A stretch of 35,092 nucleotides of DNA from Octopus sinensis (Eukaryota): NCBI RefSeq assembly GCF_006345805.1, contig NW_021833367.1, forward strand, positions 1 through 35,092, written 5' to 3'. The notes under the pieces are model-generated. The model saw only the letters and a program-made list of their open reading frames with translations. It was not told the DNA's origin and searched no databases. The first letter of the stretch is position 1; each line of letters starts with the position of its first letter. Below, piece after piece: positions 1 to 12,611 of this stretch. Made by a program: the position numbers and the translations under genes.

Positions 1-284
1 TATATACATGATATATATATGTATGTATATATATATATATAATATATACATACATATACACATATATAGCTATACATATACACATATATATATATATACG
101 TTTATGTGTAACATACATATATGTATGTATAAATATATACATATATATATATGTATATATATATATATAATATATACATACATATACACATATATATCTA
201 TACATACATACATATATATATATATTATATACATAAATATATACATTTACACATGTATATACATAACTATATAGTCACACAGAC

Positions 285-346
<62 letters not shown>

Positions 347-385
347 TAGATAGATAGATAGATAGTTAGATAGATAGACAGACAG
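1..385. repeat. Degenerate (TA)n/(TACA)n microsatellite followed by (TAGA)n tract (about 285-385)
   Basis: Direct reading of the sequence. Confidence 0.95.
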
Positions 386-511
386 ATAGAAAGAGGGATC
401 TTGGTAGACCTACTATTACTCTATTGCTAATTAAGTCCTTGTGGAAGATGGGAATAAGGGCTTGCCGTATTCCTTACGGTTGGGCTTTTTTGCGTTCTGA
501 ATTGAAATCGG

Positions 512-665
512 CCTCTTCTGCCGAACCGCTAAGTAACGGGGACGTAAACTCACCAGCATCTGTTGTCAAGCAATGCTAGGTGGACAAACACACACATAAA
601 AATAAATATATACATATATACGACAGGCTTCTTTCAGTTTCCGTCTACCAAATCCAGTCACAAGG

Positions 666-668
<3 letters not shown>
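512..668 (-). mobile_element. Internal fragment of tRNA-derived SINE family A
   Basis: Matches the reverse complement of the complete copies at 4665-5088 and 21946-22355 (gccgaaccgctaag...acgacaggcttctttcagtttccgtctacc). Confidence 0.8.
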
Positions 669-704
<36 letters not shown>

Positions 705-707
<3 letters not shown>

Positions 708-865
708 TCTTTTACTTGTTTCAGTCATTTGACTGCGGCCATGCAGGAGCACCGCCTTTTCAATCGAGCAACTCGACCCCGGGACTTATTCTTTGTAAGC
801 CCAGTACTTATTCTATCGGTCTATTTTGCCGAACCACTAGGTGACGGGGACGTAAACACAATCAA
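705..865 (-). mobile_element. 3' half of SINE family A
   Basis: ttttacttgtttcagtcatttgactgcggccatg is the reverse complement of the family A 3' tail. Confidence 0.85.
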
Positions 866-924
866 CAGATCACAAAAACGGACATTGAATAGTGTGCAAA
901 AAGCATAAGGAAAGTAAAAGAATA

Positions 925-1330
925 TATACATACATCTATCTATATATATATACATACATCTACCTATATATATATACATACATCTATCTATATATATATA
1001 TACGTACATCTATCTATATATATATATACATACATCTATCTATATATATATACATACATCTACCTATATATATATATACATACATCTATCTATATATATA
1101 TATATACATACATCTACCTATATATATATATATACATACATCTATCTATATATATATATATACATACATCTATCTATATATATATATACGTACATCTATC
1201 TATATATATATATACATACATCTATCTCTATATATATATACATACATCTATCTATATATATATTTACATACATCTATCTATATATATATATACATACATC
1301 TATCTATATATATATATATATATATATAAC
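925..1330. repeat. Minisatellite of about 26-30 bp, unit catacatctatct(a)(ta)n, roughly 15 copies
   Basis: catacatcta[tc]cta recurs, separated by variable-length TA runs. Confidence 0.9.
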
Positions 1331-1502
1331 ATACATCTATATGTATATATACATACATATACATATACATACATATATCTAACATACATCTATATGTATA
1401 TATACATACATATACATATACATACATATATCTATATATATATATATAATATATATATTATATATAATGTGCGTGTGTGTGTGTGTCTATATACATATAT
1501 GT

Positions 1503-1822
1503 GAGGGCGCGTGGCTTAGTGGTTAGGGCATTCGGCTCATGATCGTAAGGTTGTGAGTTCGATTCATGGTGACGCGTTGTGTCCTTGAGCAAGACACTTT
1601 ATTTCACGTTGCTCCAGTCCACTCAGCTGGCAAAAATGAGTTGTACTTGTATTTCAAAGGGTCAGCCTTGTCACTCTCTGTGTCACGCTGATTATCCCCG
1701 AGAACTACGTTAAGGGTACACGTGTCTGTGGAATGCTCAGCCATTTGCACGTTAATTTCACGAGCAAGCTGTTCCGTTGATCGTATCAGCTGGGACCCTC
1801 GTCGTCGTAACCGGCGGAGTCT
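1503..1822 (+). mobile_element. tRNA-derived SINE family B with a CORE-like domain
   Basis: A box tggcttagtgg (1512-1522), B box gagttcgattc (about 1555-1565), CORE-like tgtgtccttgagcaagacactt. The 3' body is shared with family C. Confidence 0.85.
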
Positions 1823-1904
1823 TTAAAATATACATATATATATATGTGTGTGTGTATACACACACACACACACATACATACATTCTTCTACGGAAACATC
1901 CACA

Positions 1905-2065
1905 GCGCAGGAGTGGCTGTGTGGTAAGTAGCTTGCTAACCAGCCACATGGTTCCGGGTTCAGTCCCACTGCGTGGCATCTTGGGCATGTGTCTTCTGCT
2001 ATAGCCCCGGGCCGACCAATGCCTTGTGAGTGGATTTGGTAGACGGAAACTGAAAGAAGCCCATC

Positions 2066-2070
<5 letters not shown>
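1905..2070 (+). mobile_element. 5' (tRNA head + CORE-like) module of SINE family A
   Basis: aggagtggctgtgtgg (A box), ggttcagtccc (B box), cttgggcatgtgtctt; ends in (TA)n. Confidence 0.85.
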
Positions 2071-2096
<26 letters not shown>

Positions 2097-2098
<2 letters not shown>

Positions 2099-2775
2099 TT
2101 GTGGTGAAAGAGTACAGCAGGGTTCACCACCATCCCATGCAGGAGCACTCCGTCGGTTACGGCGATGAGGGTCCCAGCTGATACGGTCAACGGAACAGCC
2201 TGCTCATGAAATTAACGTGTAAGTGGCTGAGCACTCCACAGACACGTGTACCCTTAACGTAGTTCTCGGGGATATTCAGCGTGACACAGAGAGTGACAAG
2301 GCCGGCCCTTTGAAATACAGGTACAACAGCAACAGGAAAAAAGAGTGAGAGAAAGTTGTGGTGAAAGAGTACAGCAGGGTTCACCACCACCCCCTGCAGG
2401 AGCACTCCGTCGGTTACGACGATGAGGGTCCCAGCTGATACGATCAACGGAACAGCCTTCTCGTGGAATTAACGTGTTAGTGGCTGAGCACTCCGCAGAC
2501 ACGTGTACCCTTAACGTAGTTCTCGGGGATATTCAGCGTGACACAGAGTGACAAGGCCGGCCCTTTTAAATACAGGTACAACAGAAACAGGAAGTAAGAG
2601 TGAGAGAAAGTTGTGGTGAAAGAGTACAGCAGGGTTCACCACCATCCCTGCCGGAGCATCGTGGAGCTTTAGGTGTTTTCGCTCAATTAACACTTACAAT
2701 GCCCGGTCTGGGAATCGAAACCGCGATCCTCCGACCGCGAGTCCGCTGCCCTAACCACTGGGCCATTGCGCCTCC
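2097..2775 (-). mobile_element. SINE family C: tRNA head (2775-2660) plus about 2.2 tandem copies of a ~257-bp body
   Basis: Minus strand ggaggcgcaatggcccagtgg...ggtttcgattccc head. Body repeats join at about 2400 and 2143. Same structure as 12612-13487. Confidence 0.85.
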
Positions 2776-2944
2776 ACACAGGCATGTAAGAAAACACTAA
2801 ACACTAATCTAATTAAGTTGAAGTCAACACAGAGGAGAAAGCAAACAAAAGGAAGATCATAGCGATTTGGTTAATAAGTGACCCCAAACCCTCGTGTTTC
2901 AAGGAAGGCGAGGGGTGGGGGTTAATGGTAAAGGGTGTTGCTTT

Positions 2945-3310
2945 TTATCTCTTTTATGCTGGAGCACCGCCTTTAATCGAGCAAATCGACCCCGGGACTT
3001 ATTCTTTGTAAGCCCAGTACTTATTCTATCGGTTTCTTTTTGCCGAACCGCTAGCTGACGGGATATAAACACACCAGCATCGGTTGCCAAGCAATGCTAG
3101 GGGGACAAACACAGACACACAAACACACATACACACACACACATATATATATACATATATACGACAGGCTTCTTTCAGTTTCCGTCTACCAAATCCACTC
3201 ACAAGGCATTGGTCGACCCGGGGCTATAGCAGAAGACACTTGCCCAAGATGCCACGCAGTGGGACTGAACCCAGAACCATGTGGTTGGTTAGCAAGCTAC
3301 TTACCACACA
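2945..3310 (-). mobile_element. Near-complete SINE family A copy
   Basis: Reverse complement of family A from the tail region to the head, with an internal (CA/TA)n linker. Confidence 0.85.
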
Positions 3311-3324
3311 TATATATTATACAC

Positions 3325-3338
3325 ACATAGAACCCCCC

Positions 3339-3426
<88 letters not shown>

Positions 3427-3763
3427 TAATATATATATATATATATATGTACATACTTATATATATATAGTATGTACATACTTATATATATATGTATGTA
3501 CATACTTATATATATATGTATATGCATGCATAGATAAACACGTATGTATAGTTTTAAAAAATACAGATTGTTTGATAAATCAACACCATGGTAATTTTAC
3601 AGAAAACTGAAATTGACGCGTATATGAGTGCGCGCGCTCATGGGCGCGTGTGTATGTATAAACACACACAGATATATATATACATATATATATACATATA
3701 CATATATATATACATATATATATATATATACACACACATATATATATATATATACACACACAT

Positions 3764-3797
<34 letters not shown>

Positions 3798-3924
3798 ATA
3801 CATACATATACATACATATATACATACATATATATATATACATACATATGCACACTCACGCATATATCTATCTCGCACACACATATAAATATATATATAT
3901 ATGCACATCTCTCTCTCTCACTCT

Positions 3925-3982
<58 letters not shown>

Positions 3983-4465
3983 GGGGGTTCTATGTGTGTA
4001 TAATATATATGTGTGTGTGAGTGTGTGTGCGCGCGAATATATATATATAAAACACAAATATATATATTTCAATAAATATTTCAATATATGCGCATCACAC
4101 AAATGATAACATACACACCTGTATATAATAATGCACATATGTGTATATACATATACATTTTCATGTATGTATCTGCCACATACATATACACATACATACA
4201 CATATATGTATATATATACATACATACATACATCCACATATATATAATATATATATATACACATACATATATATATATACATACATACATCCATATATAT
4301 ATATATATACACATACATATATATATACATCATACATACATACATATATATATATATATACACATACATATATATATACACATACACATATATATATACA
4401 AATAAATATATATACATACATACACACATATATATATATATATATATACATAAATACACACATAT
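3325..4465. repeat. Compound (CT)n/(TA)n/(CA)n microsatellite region
   Basis: Direct reading. Confidence 0.9.
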
Positions 4466-4630
4466 ACGACAGGCTTCTTTCAGTTTCCGTCAACCACATC
4501 CATACACAACGCAATTTACTCGGCCAGAGGTTACATTACATAGACGGCAATTGCCCAAGGTGACATGCAGGGGGTGGGGCTGAACTCGAAACCCTGTCAT
4601 GAAACAAACGTTTTCCTACAGTCACGCCTA
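4465..4630 (-). mobile_element. Diverged SINE family A-like 5' module
   Basis: acgacaggcttctttcagtttccgtc at the start; diverged ttgcccaaggtgacatgcag...gaactcgaaacc. Confidence 0.6.
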
Positions 4631-4664
4631 TTTATAACTATATACATGCGCAGACGTACACAAA

Positions 4665-4823
4665 CAGGAGTGGCTGTGTGGTAAGTAGCTTGCTAACCAA
4701 CCACATGGTTCCGGGTTCAGTCCCACTGCGTGACACCTTCGGCAAGTGTCTTCTGCTATGGCATCGGACCGACCAAAGCCTTGTGAGTGGATTTGGTAGA
4801 CGGAAACTGAAAGAAGCTCGTCG

Positions 4824-4868
<45 letters not shown>

Positions 4869-5088
4869 CTGCGTGTATGTTTGTGTTTCTGTGTTTGTTC
4901 TCCTAGCATTGCTTGACAAACGATGCTGGTGTGTTTACGTCCCCATCACTTAGCGGTTCGGCAAAAGAGACCGATAGAATAAGTACTGGGCTTACAAAAG
5001 AATAAGTCCCGGGGTCGATTTGTTCGACTAAAGGCGGTGCTCCAGCATGGCCGCAGTCAAATGACTGAAACAAGTAAAATAGTAAAAG
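4665..5088 (+). mobile_element. Complete SINE family A (tRNA head, CORE-like segment, internal TA/TG linker, LINE-like 3' tail)
   Basis: A and B boxes; tail ggcggtgctccagcatggccgcagtcaaatgactgaaacaagtaaaa. Confidence 0.9.
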
Positions 5089-5092
5089 ATAT

Positions 5093-5498
5093 ACTCTATT
5101 ACTTGTTTCAGCCATTTGACTGCGGCCATGCTGGAGCACCGCCTTTAGTCGAAGAAATCGACCCCAGGACTTATTCTTTGTAAGCCTAGTACTTATTCCA
5201 TCGGTCTCTTTTGCCGAACCGCTAAGTTACGGGGACGGGAACACACCAGCATCGCTTGTCAAGCGATGTTGTGGGGACAAACACAGACACACAAACATAT
5301 ACACACACATACATACATATACATTCATATACACATATATACAGGGCTTCTTTCAGTTTCCGTCTACCAAATCCACTCACAAGGCCTTGGTCGGCCCGAG
5401 GCTATAGTAGAAGACACTTGCCCAAGGTGCCATGCAGTGGGACTGAACCCGGAACCATGTGGTTGGTTAGCAAGCTACTTACTACACAGCCACTCCTG
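5093..5498 (-). mobile_element. Complete SINE family A, tail-to-tail with the preceding copy
   Basis: Reverse complement of the full family A sequence, starting a few nt after the plus-strand copy ends. Confidence 0.9.
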
Positions 5499-5499
5499 T

Positions 5500-5523
5500 G
5501 CTATAGTATATAAATATATATAT

Positions 5524-5555
<32 letters not shown>

Positions 5556-6053
5556 GATAATATTGTATAATATTATATATATATATATACGTATATATAT
5601 ACGTATATATATATATATATATATACGTATATATATACGTATGATTATATATAGATCTATATATATATATAATACGTATATATATACGTATGTATATAAT
5701 ATATATATATATTATATGTATATATATATGATATATATATATGTATATATATATATATAGGTAATATATATGTATATATATATATGTATGTATATATAGC
5801 TATATATATGTATATATATATGTAGGTTATATATATATATATATATTGTATATATATATGTATGTATAGTATATAGATATATATATGTATGTATATATAT
5901 AGAGATATATATATATATGTATTATATAGAGTATATATAGTATATTATATTATATATATATATGTAGGTATATATAATATATATATATAATATATGTATA
6001 TATATATATGTATGTATATATATATATATATATGTATAGATATATATGTAGTA

Positions 6054-6128
<75 letters not shown>

Positions 6129-6400
6129 AGATATATATATATATATAATGTATGTATAGTATATATATATCTATATATATGTATATAGATATGTATATAT
6201 ATACGGTATATATATTATATAATATATATATTATGTAGCTATATTGTATATATATATAGTATATATATGTATATATAATATGGTATATATATATGTATGT
6301 ATATATGTATATATATATGTATGTATATATATATCTATATATGTTATGTATATATATATATATGTATATATGTATTGTATATATATATATTATAATACTC

Positions 6401-6432
<32 letters not shown>

Positions 6433-6440
6433 TAGTATGC
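5500..6440. repeat. Long degenerate (TA)n tract
   Basis: Direct reading. Confidence 0.95.
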
Positions 6441-6858
6441 TGTATCAGTCACAGATGTGTGTGTGTCTGTGTCTGTCTGGCGCAAATAAATGGGTTTTGA
6501 GTGAGATTGTATATATTATGTGCACGTACTTGTGAATGTGCGTGTTAAACATGCGTCTGCGCTCCCTCAATTTGGCTTCTACGCGTATCCTTTCATCTGT
6601 TTGAGTGTGTGTGTGTGTGTGTGTGTATAGGTGCATGTGATTAAATGTCTCAGATAATTTTATTGTTATTAATGCAATATAATATTTCGGCTTATTAACC
6701 CCATTCTTAAGTACAAAACAATTTGATTTACAACTAATAGGCTAATTCCATATACATATATACATTATATATGTAGGTCCCGGGTTGATTCGGGGTTAAC
6801 CACAGTAAATAAGGTACTCAATACATAGCAGAGTAAAATTAATTTATTATATAGAAGG

Positions 6859-6909
6859 AGCTTCTACAGGACTAGAACTGTTTCATTCAAGAGAAATCTT
6901 CAGGAAGCT
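6859..6909 (-). ncRNA. Type I hammerhead ribozyme motif (HHR1)
   Basis: Minus strand: agcuuc CUGAAGA u-uuc-ucuu-gaa-u GAAA cag-uucuaguc-cug UA | gaagcu. Stem I 6 bp, stem III 4 bp, intact core, predicted GUA cleavage between 6865 and 6864. The 10.1-11.1 pair is U-U. Confidence 0.8.
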
Positions 6910-7051
6910 AGTTAACAAGAATTGTATTGGCATTTATACATTTAGGCAGGTTTAAAGGGGTGTTGGTGGGGGACTTTTTGGGGTAGGCATAGCGCAAAAA
7001 ATCATACTTGGGGGAGTGGTCAAGGAGTCAGTGTTAAATTAGATAGGAGAA

Positions 7052-7230
7052 TAAATAAAAAATAAAAAATAAAAAATAAAAAATAAAAAATAAAAAATAA
7101 AAAATAAAAAATATAAAATATAAAAAATAAAAAATAAAAAATAGAAAATAGAAAATAAAAAATATTAAAAAATATGTGTAAAAATAAAAAATAAAAATTA
7201 AAAATAAAAAATAAAAAATAAAAAAAATAA
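7052..7230. repeat. (TAAAAAA)n heptamer repeat
   Basis: Direct reading. Confidence 0.9.
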
Positions 7231-7329
7231 TATATATTATATATATATATATATTATATATATATATAGTATAAAAGGGGGGGAATAGAGTTTTAGGTAA
7301 ATAAGGAGATTCTCACTTATACCTCTACA

Positions 7330-8117
7330 CATACACCATATATATACAATCACACATACATATACATATCTACACATACACATATATATGTATACATACA
7401 CACACTCACTTGCATACACGTATACACACATGTATATATACACACACGACCACACATACATATACACACAGAAAAATATATATATACATACACACACATC
7501 TACTCACATACACGCATACACACCAAATCCATACACACACATGCACACACAGCACACTAGTCCCTATATACACATATATACACATACACACATATATATA
7601 CACCCACACATACCCAACATACACATATATATACATACATACACATACATATACACATATATATACATACACATATATATATATATACACATATATATAC
7701 ATATGTGTACCCATGCATACCTACACATACACACATATATATATACATATACAAATACAGACCCATTCCCTAATTTTAATTTTATTATCTTCGTTTATTA
7801 CTTTTGTTATCTTTGGCCGCTTGGTCACAACATCTTGGCTATGACAGCCAGACCATTTATCCGTCTACTGGAAAACAATTACTCATTCACTCACGCACAC
7901 TCTTTAGCACGTACACTCACTCATTCGTACACTCAAACGCATACACGCACGTACGCGTTATATTCATACATACATACATCTACATACATTCACGTATATA
8001 CACATACGTACGCGTACCTACAGATTCATGTCTACACTCTTAGAAGGCTAGTCTATACATATACACCAACAAATATAAATACACACACATACATGTACAC
8101 TACATACAATACATACA

Positions 8118-8180
<63 letters not shown>

Positions 8181-8299
8181 GCGTACCTACAGATTCATGT
8201 CTACACTCTAGAAGGCTAGTCTATACATATACACCCATAAATATAATACACACACATACATACATGTACACCTACATACAAATACATACATGTACATAT

Positions 8300-8346
<47 letters not shown>

Positions 8347-8519
8347 TACATATATATAACATATATATTCATACTAACATGCATACTCAAAAAATAAGTA
8401 AATAGTAAATATATATACGCGCAGTTATTCATACATGCATACTCAAAAAATAAATATTAAGTATATTACGTGCAGTTACCTTTATATAGACGGATACATA
8501 ATATAATAAACTTACACAC

Positions 8520-8567
<48 letters not shown>

Positions 8568-8630
8568 CATACATACACACACATACATATAAATATATAC
8601 ATACACACATACACCTACATATACACATAC

Positions 8631-8690
<60 letters not shown>

Positions 8691-9233
8691 TACACATACA
8701 TATACATACACATACATACATATATACACACTACTTACACATGTACATATAAATACACATAGATAACTCTACGTACCTACACATACATAAACACACGAGC
8801 GTACGCGCATATGTATATACATACATATACCCATGCACACGCATATATATACTTACATACATACACATACACACATGTGTATACACACACACTCACATAC
8901 ACATATATTACATACACATATATATACACATATAATATATATGTATAATATATATATATATAATATATATATATATACACACACATATACATACACACAC
9001 ACATACACACACATATATATACATGTGTGCAAACATACATACATTCTCATACAAGCACACACACTTACATTTACATATATACACACACTTACACACATAT
9101 ATATACATACACACATACATATACACATACATATGCATACACACAAATATACATATATACATACATACATCTATACATATATACACACACACCACACACA
9201 CGCACATACATATATATATATATACATACATAT

Positions 9234-9276
<43 letters not shown>

Positions 9277-9360
9277 TATTTTTTTACATACATACACGCA
9301 CACACACACATAATACATGCGTATAATCCTACTATACCCATACATTTCTATACATATATA
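7330..9360. repeat. CA/TA-rich low-complexity region with a ~169-bp tandem duplication (8008-8345)
   Basis: cgcgtacctacagattcatgtctacactct occurs at 8011 and 8180. Confidence 0.85.
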
Positions 9361-9473
9361 CGATACACATCTACAAGCGTGCACATACAATATGTGAAAG
9401 GTCTTAGGAGAAAAGGTAATCGGGGGTGCTAGGGGAACGGTGGGATTGGGGGGGTTTTGTGGGTGGGGTATCA

Positions 9474-10772
9474 TCAATCTGGTTGCCGGGTAGGTCTATA
9501 GTTCTTGTAGTTCGCATACTTCTTATGCATACAATTTGGGGAGTGTTCTGAGATTTTGTTAAGGAGAGGGCCTTTGGCGAACAAGATCTCTAGGCTCTCC
9601 GATATGCAGAGGTCACAGCAGGTATGGCCTCCTGTGTACGAGCGCGCCTTCTGTAGTAGTTTCCACTTGGTCTTGAAGGGGATGGAATTCCTTTTAAGGT
9701 ACCAGATGTGGGCGGCGAGGGTAGTTTGGTTGGATTTATCCTGTCGCCGGAACGAGTGTGTGTGTGCGTACCAACGGGTCTTAAAGCTGTTTGACGTCAT
9801 TCCTATGTAGGATTTTCTTTTATCGTCAGGGCCTGATCTTACCTCGCATGTATATACTAGGTCCCTCTGTAGGCAGTTGTTGTTGAGGGGGCAGGTAGTT
9901 TTATCAGGACAGTTGCAATTGCTATCGGACGTTGGATGGGCCTCGGAAAAAGTAAGTATGTTAAGTTTTTTCACATTGTTGTTGGCTAGGTTCCTGGCTA
10001 GATTGGGCGTGGTAGAGTAGGAGAGTCTAATAGTGTTCTTATTTAGGATAGTGTAGTACTTATGTTGGGTGGGGAAGTGTTTCTGTAGGAGAGTGAAGAA
10101 GATTTTAGCTACAGGTGTAGCGACCTCACGGTTGAAGGGGGGGTTGTACCAGCTAATGTGTCTTCGTCTATTTTTCCTGGGTTGGCGTGGGGCTATACTA
10201 GTATAGGTAATCTTATCTTTGAAGCCACTACGGGCCAGGGCCTCGTTGTAATAGGGGGCTGCGGCCTTAAAGATATCTTCCGTGGCGGACAGGCTAGAAA
10301 TTCTAATTGAGACACTTTTTACTAGGTTATCTAATATATTTTTGGGGTGGTTTGAATTAATATCTATATATTTAAGGGATTCATTCGGTTTGTGGTACGG
10401 GTAATAAAGTGAGGTTTTTAAGTCGAGGGTGACATCAAGGAAGTTAGCTTTAGTTAAGTTGGATTCTAAGGTAATCCTAAGGCCTAAGTTTTTAAAGAAG
10501 GTGTAAAGATTTTTCCGGAACCCATCCGTGGTCCTGGGGTTTACTTTGTGGAGGGCGAAAAGGCCGTCATCGCGGTAAAGACCACCGGAGAGGCCTGTGA
10601 ATAGGGTTTTCAGCCTATGGAGGATGAAAAGGCCCACTAGGTCACTTATTTCAGCAGAGTCGTTAGCACCCATGCTGACGTCGAAGGGGGTCACAGATTT
10701 TTTGTTGATCCAGTGGGATCCGTCATAGAAAAGAAAAGTCTTACGTGCGTGGAGTATCACATCTTGCTGCGC
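9474..10772 (-). mobile_element. Penelope-like element 1: uninterrupted frame with the C-terminal half of RT, Cys-rich linker and C-terminal GIY-YIG endonuclease; 5'-truncated
   Basis: Track ORF of 428 aa: FDVSMGANDSAE and YRDD RT motifs, FLDV, SNHP, WYNPPF, CNC...CPL..CL, VY..YIG..FKTRW..H, C-x2-LC..E..LLNK. The frame continues a few codons upstream (QDVILHARK) to the SINE junction. Confidence 0.92.
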
Positions 10773-11480
10773 AGGAGTGGCTGTGTGGTAAGTAGCTTGC
10801 TAACCAACCACATGGTTCCGGGTTCAGTCCCACTGCGTGGCATCTTGGGCAAGTGTCTTCTGCTATAGCCCCGGGCTGACCAATGCCTTGTGAGTGGATT
10901 TGGCAGACGGAAACTGAAAGAAGCCTGACGTATATATGTATATATATAGGTGTAGGAGTGGCTGTGTGGTATGTAGCTTGCTAACCAACCACATGGTTCC
11001 GGGTTCAGTCCCACTGCGTGGCATCTTGGGCAAGTGTCTTCTGCTATAGCCCCGGGCTGACCAATGCCTTGTGAGTGGATTTGGTAGACGGAAACTGAAA
11101 GAAGCCTGACGTATATATGTATATATATAGGTGTAGGAGTGGCTGTGTGGTATGTAGCTTGCTAACCAACCACATGGTTCCGGGTTCAGTCCCACTGCGT
11201 GGCATCTTCGGCAAGTGTCTTCTGCTATAGCCCCGGGCCGACCAATGCCTTGTGAGTGGATTTGGTAGACGGAAACTGAAAGAAGCCTGACGTATATATG
11301 TATATATATAGGTATAGGAGTGGCTGTGTGGTAAGTAGCTTGCTAACCAACCACATGGTTCCGGGTTCAGTCCCACTGCGTGGCATCTTGGGCAAGTGTC
11401 TTCTGCTATAGCCCCGGGCCGACCAATGCCTTGTGAGTGAATTTGGTAGACGGAAACTGAAAGAAGCCTGTCGTATATAT
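10773..11480 (+). repeat. Four tandem 181-bp copies of the SINE family A tRNA-head module
   Basis: aggagtggctgtgtgg starts at 10773, 10954, 11135 and 11316; linker tatatatgtatatatataggtgt. Confidence 0.95.
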
Positions 11481-11742
11481 ACGGGGTCATTCCGAAAAGC
11501 TCTATCTGCGACGATTTCATCTCAATCGAAGGAGAGGAGCTTTCTCCGTCTGGGTTGCGGATCCGTGGAACAAGCTGCCAGACGAGATGGTGAAGATGCC
11601 GACGACCGCTTTGTTCAAAGCCTCCCTGGACCTCAAGTGGCCTGAACTCTTTACATGAACACCACCCTGTACTTAACTCCATGTCCCCCTACATGGCCTT
11701 GCTATTTGCTTTTGAGCCAAATTAACTAACTAACTAACTAAC
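11481..11742 (+). mobile_element. 5'-truncated CR1-group LINE 3' end with (AACT)n tail
   Basis: Encodes GHSEKLYLRRFHLNRRRGAFSVWVADPWNKLP; tail ttaactaactaactaac. Same family as 20895-21805 and 22560-23399. Confidence 0.88.
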
Positions 11743-11752
11743 ATATAGGTGT

Positions 11753-12270
11753 AGGAGTGGCTTTGAGGTAAGTAGCTTGCTTATCAACCACATGGTTCCG
11801 GGTTCAGTCCCTCTGCGTGGCATCTTGGGCAAGTGTCTTCTGCTATAGCCCCGGGCCGACCAATGCCTTGTGAGTGGATTTGGTAGACGGAAACTGAAAG
11901 AAGCCTGTCGTATATATGTATATATATATATGTGTGTATGTGTTTGTGTGTCTGTGTTTGTGTGTCTGTGTTTGTGTCCCTAGCATTGCTTGACAACCGA
12001 TGCTGGTGTGTTTACGTCCCCGTTACCTAGCGGTTCGGCAAAAGAGACCGATAGAATAAGTTCTGGGCTTACAAAAGAATAAGTCCCGGGGTCGAGTTGC
12101 TCGACTAAAGGCGGTGCTCCAGCATGGCCGCAGTCAAATGACAAACAAGTAAAAGAGTAAAAGAGTAAGAGTATATATATATATTTCTTTACTTAGCTTT
12201 ACTAAAGGCGGTGCTCCAGCATGGCCGCAGTCAAATGACAAACAAGTAAAAGAGTAAAAGAGTAAGAGTA
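11753..12270 (+). mobile_element. Complete SINE family A (11753-12170) followed by a duplicate of its last ~70 nt (12199-12270)
   Basis: Same ataggtgtaggagtgg linker as the upstream array. The tail ctaaaggcggtgctccagcatggccgcagtcaaatgac appears twice. Confidence 0.88.
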
Positions 12271-12611
12271 TATATATAGACATTTATACACACATACACA
12301 AACACACACATACACACACATACATACATACATACATTCATATACATATATGTATGCACACATATAAATGCCTTTGTTTACGTTCAGTTATAATATAAAC
12401 AATGTTGCATTAACCTGATGAGTCAGTTCATACTTTTTTAGAGTACAAATTAATATTCTTATACAACAAATGTTGTAGATAGTGACTTCGAAGTTCCGTT
12501 CTCATAAGTCATCGCTGGAGAGGCCGAAACTTTGAAATTATTGTCAACAAGATTCTTATATACAAAATTATACACAAACATATACATACACGTCACGTAT
12601 TATATTATGGT

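Noticed and set aside
1503-1580. tRNA-like heads as tRNA genes (also at 2775, 10773, 12612, 20240)
   Set aside because: Only the A and B boxes are kept. They continue into SINE bodies and show no convincing cloverleaf acceptor stem.
3300-4090. Apparent inverted symmetry between 3300-3420 and 3930-4010
   Set aside because: It is dominated by CT/AG and TA simple repeats, which are trivially self-complementary; the unique core (aaccccc/gggggtt) is too short to support.
9400-9470. G-run cluster on the plus strand (possible G-quadruplex)
   Set aside because: The motif is real but is the antisense of the C-rich PLE 3' UTR. There is no evidence of a separate function.
12410-12550. CTGATGA at about 12417 and ggccGAAAC at about 12522 as a plus-strand hammerhead
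   Set aside because: No consistent stem I and stem III could be built around an intact core; at most an unrecognisable remnant.
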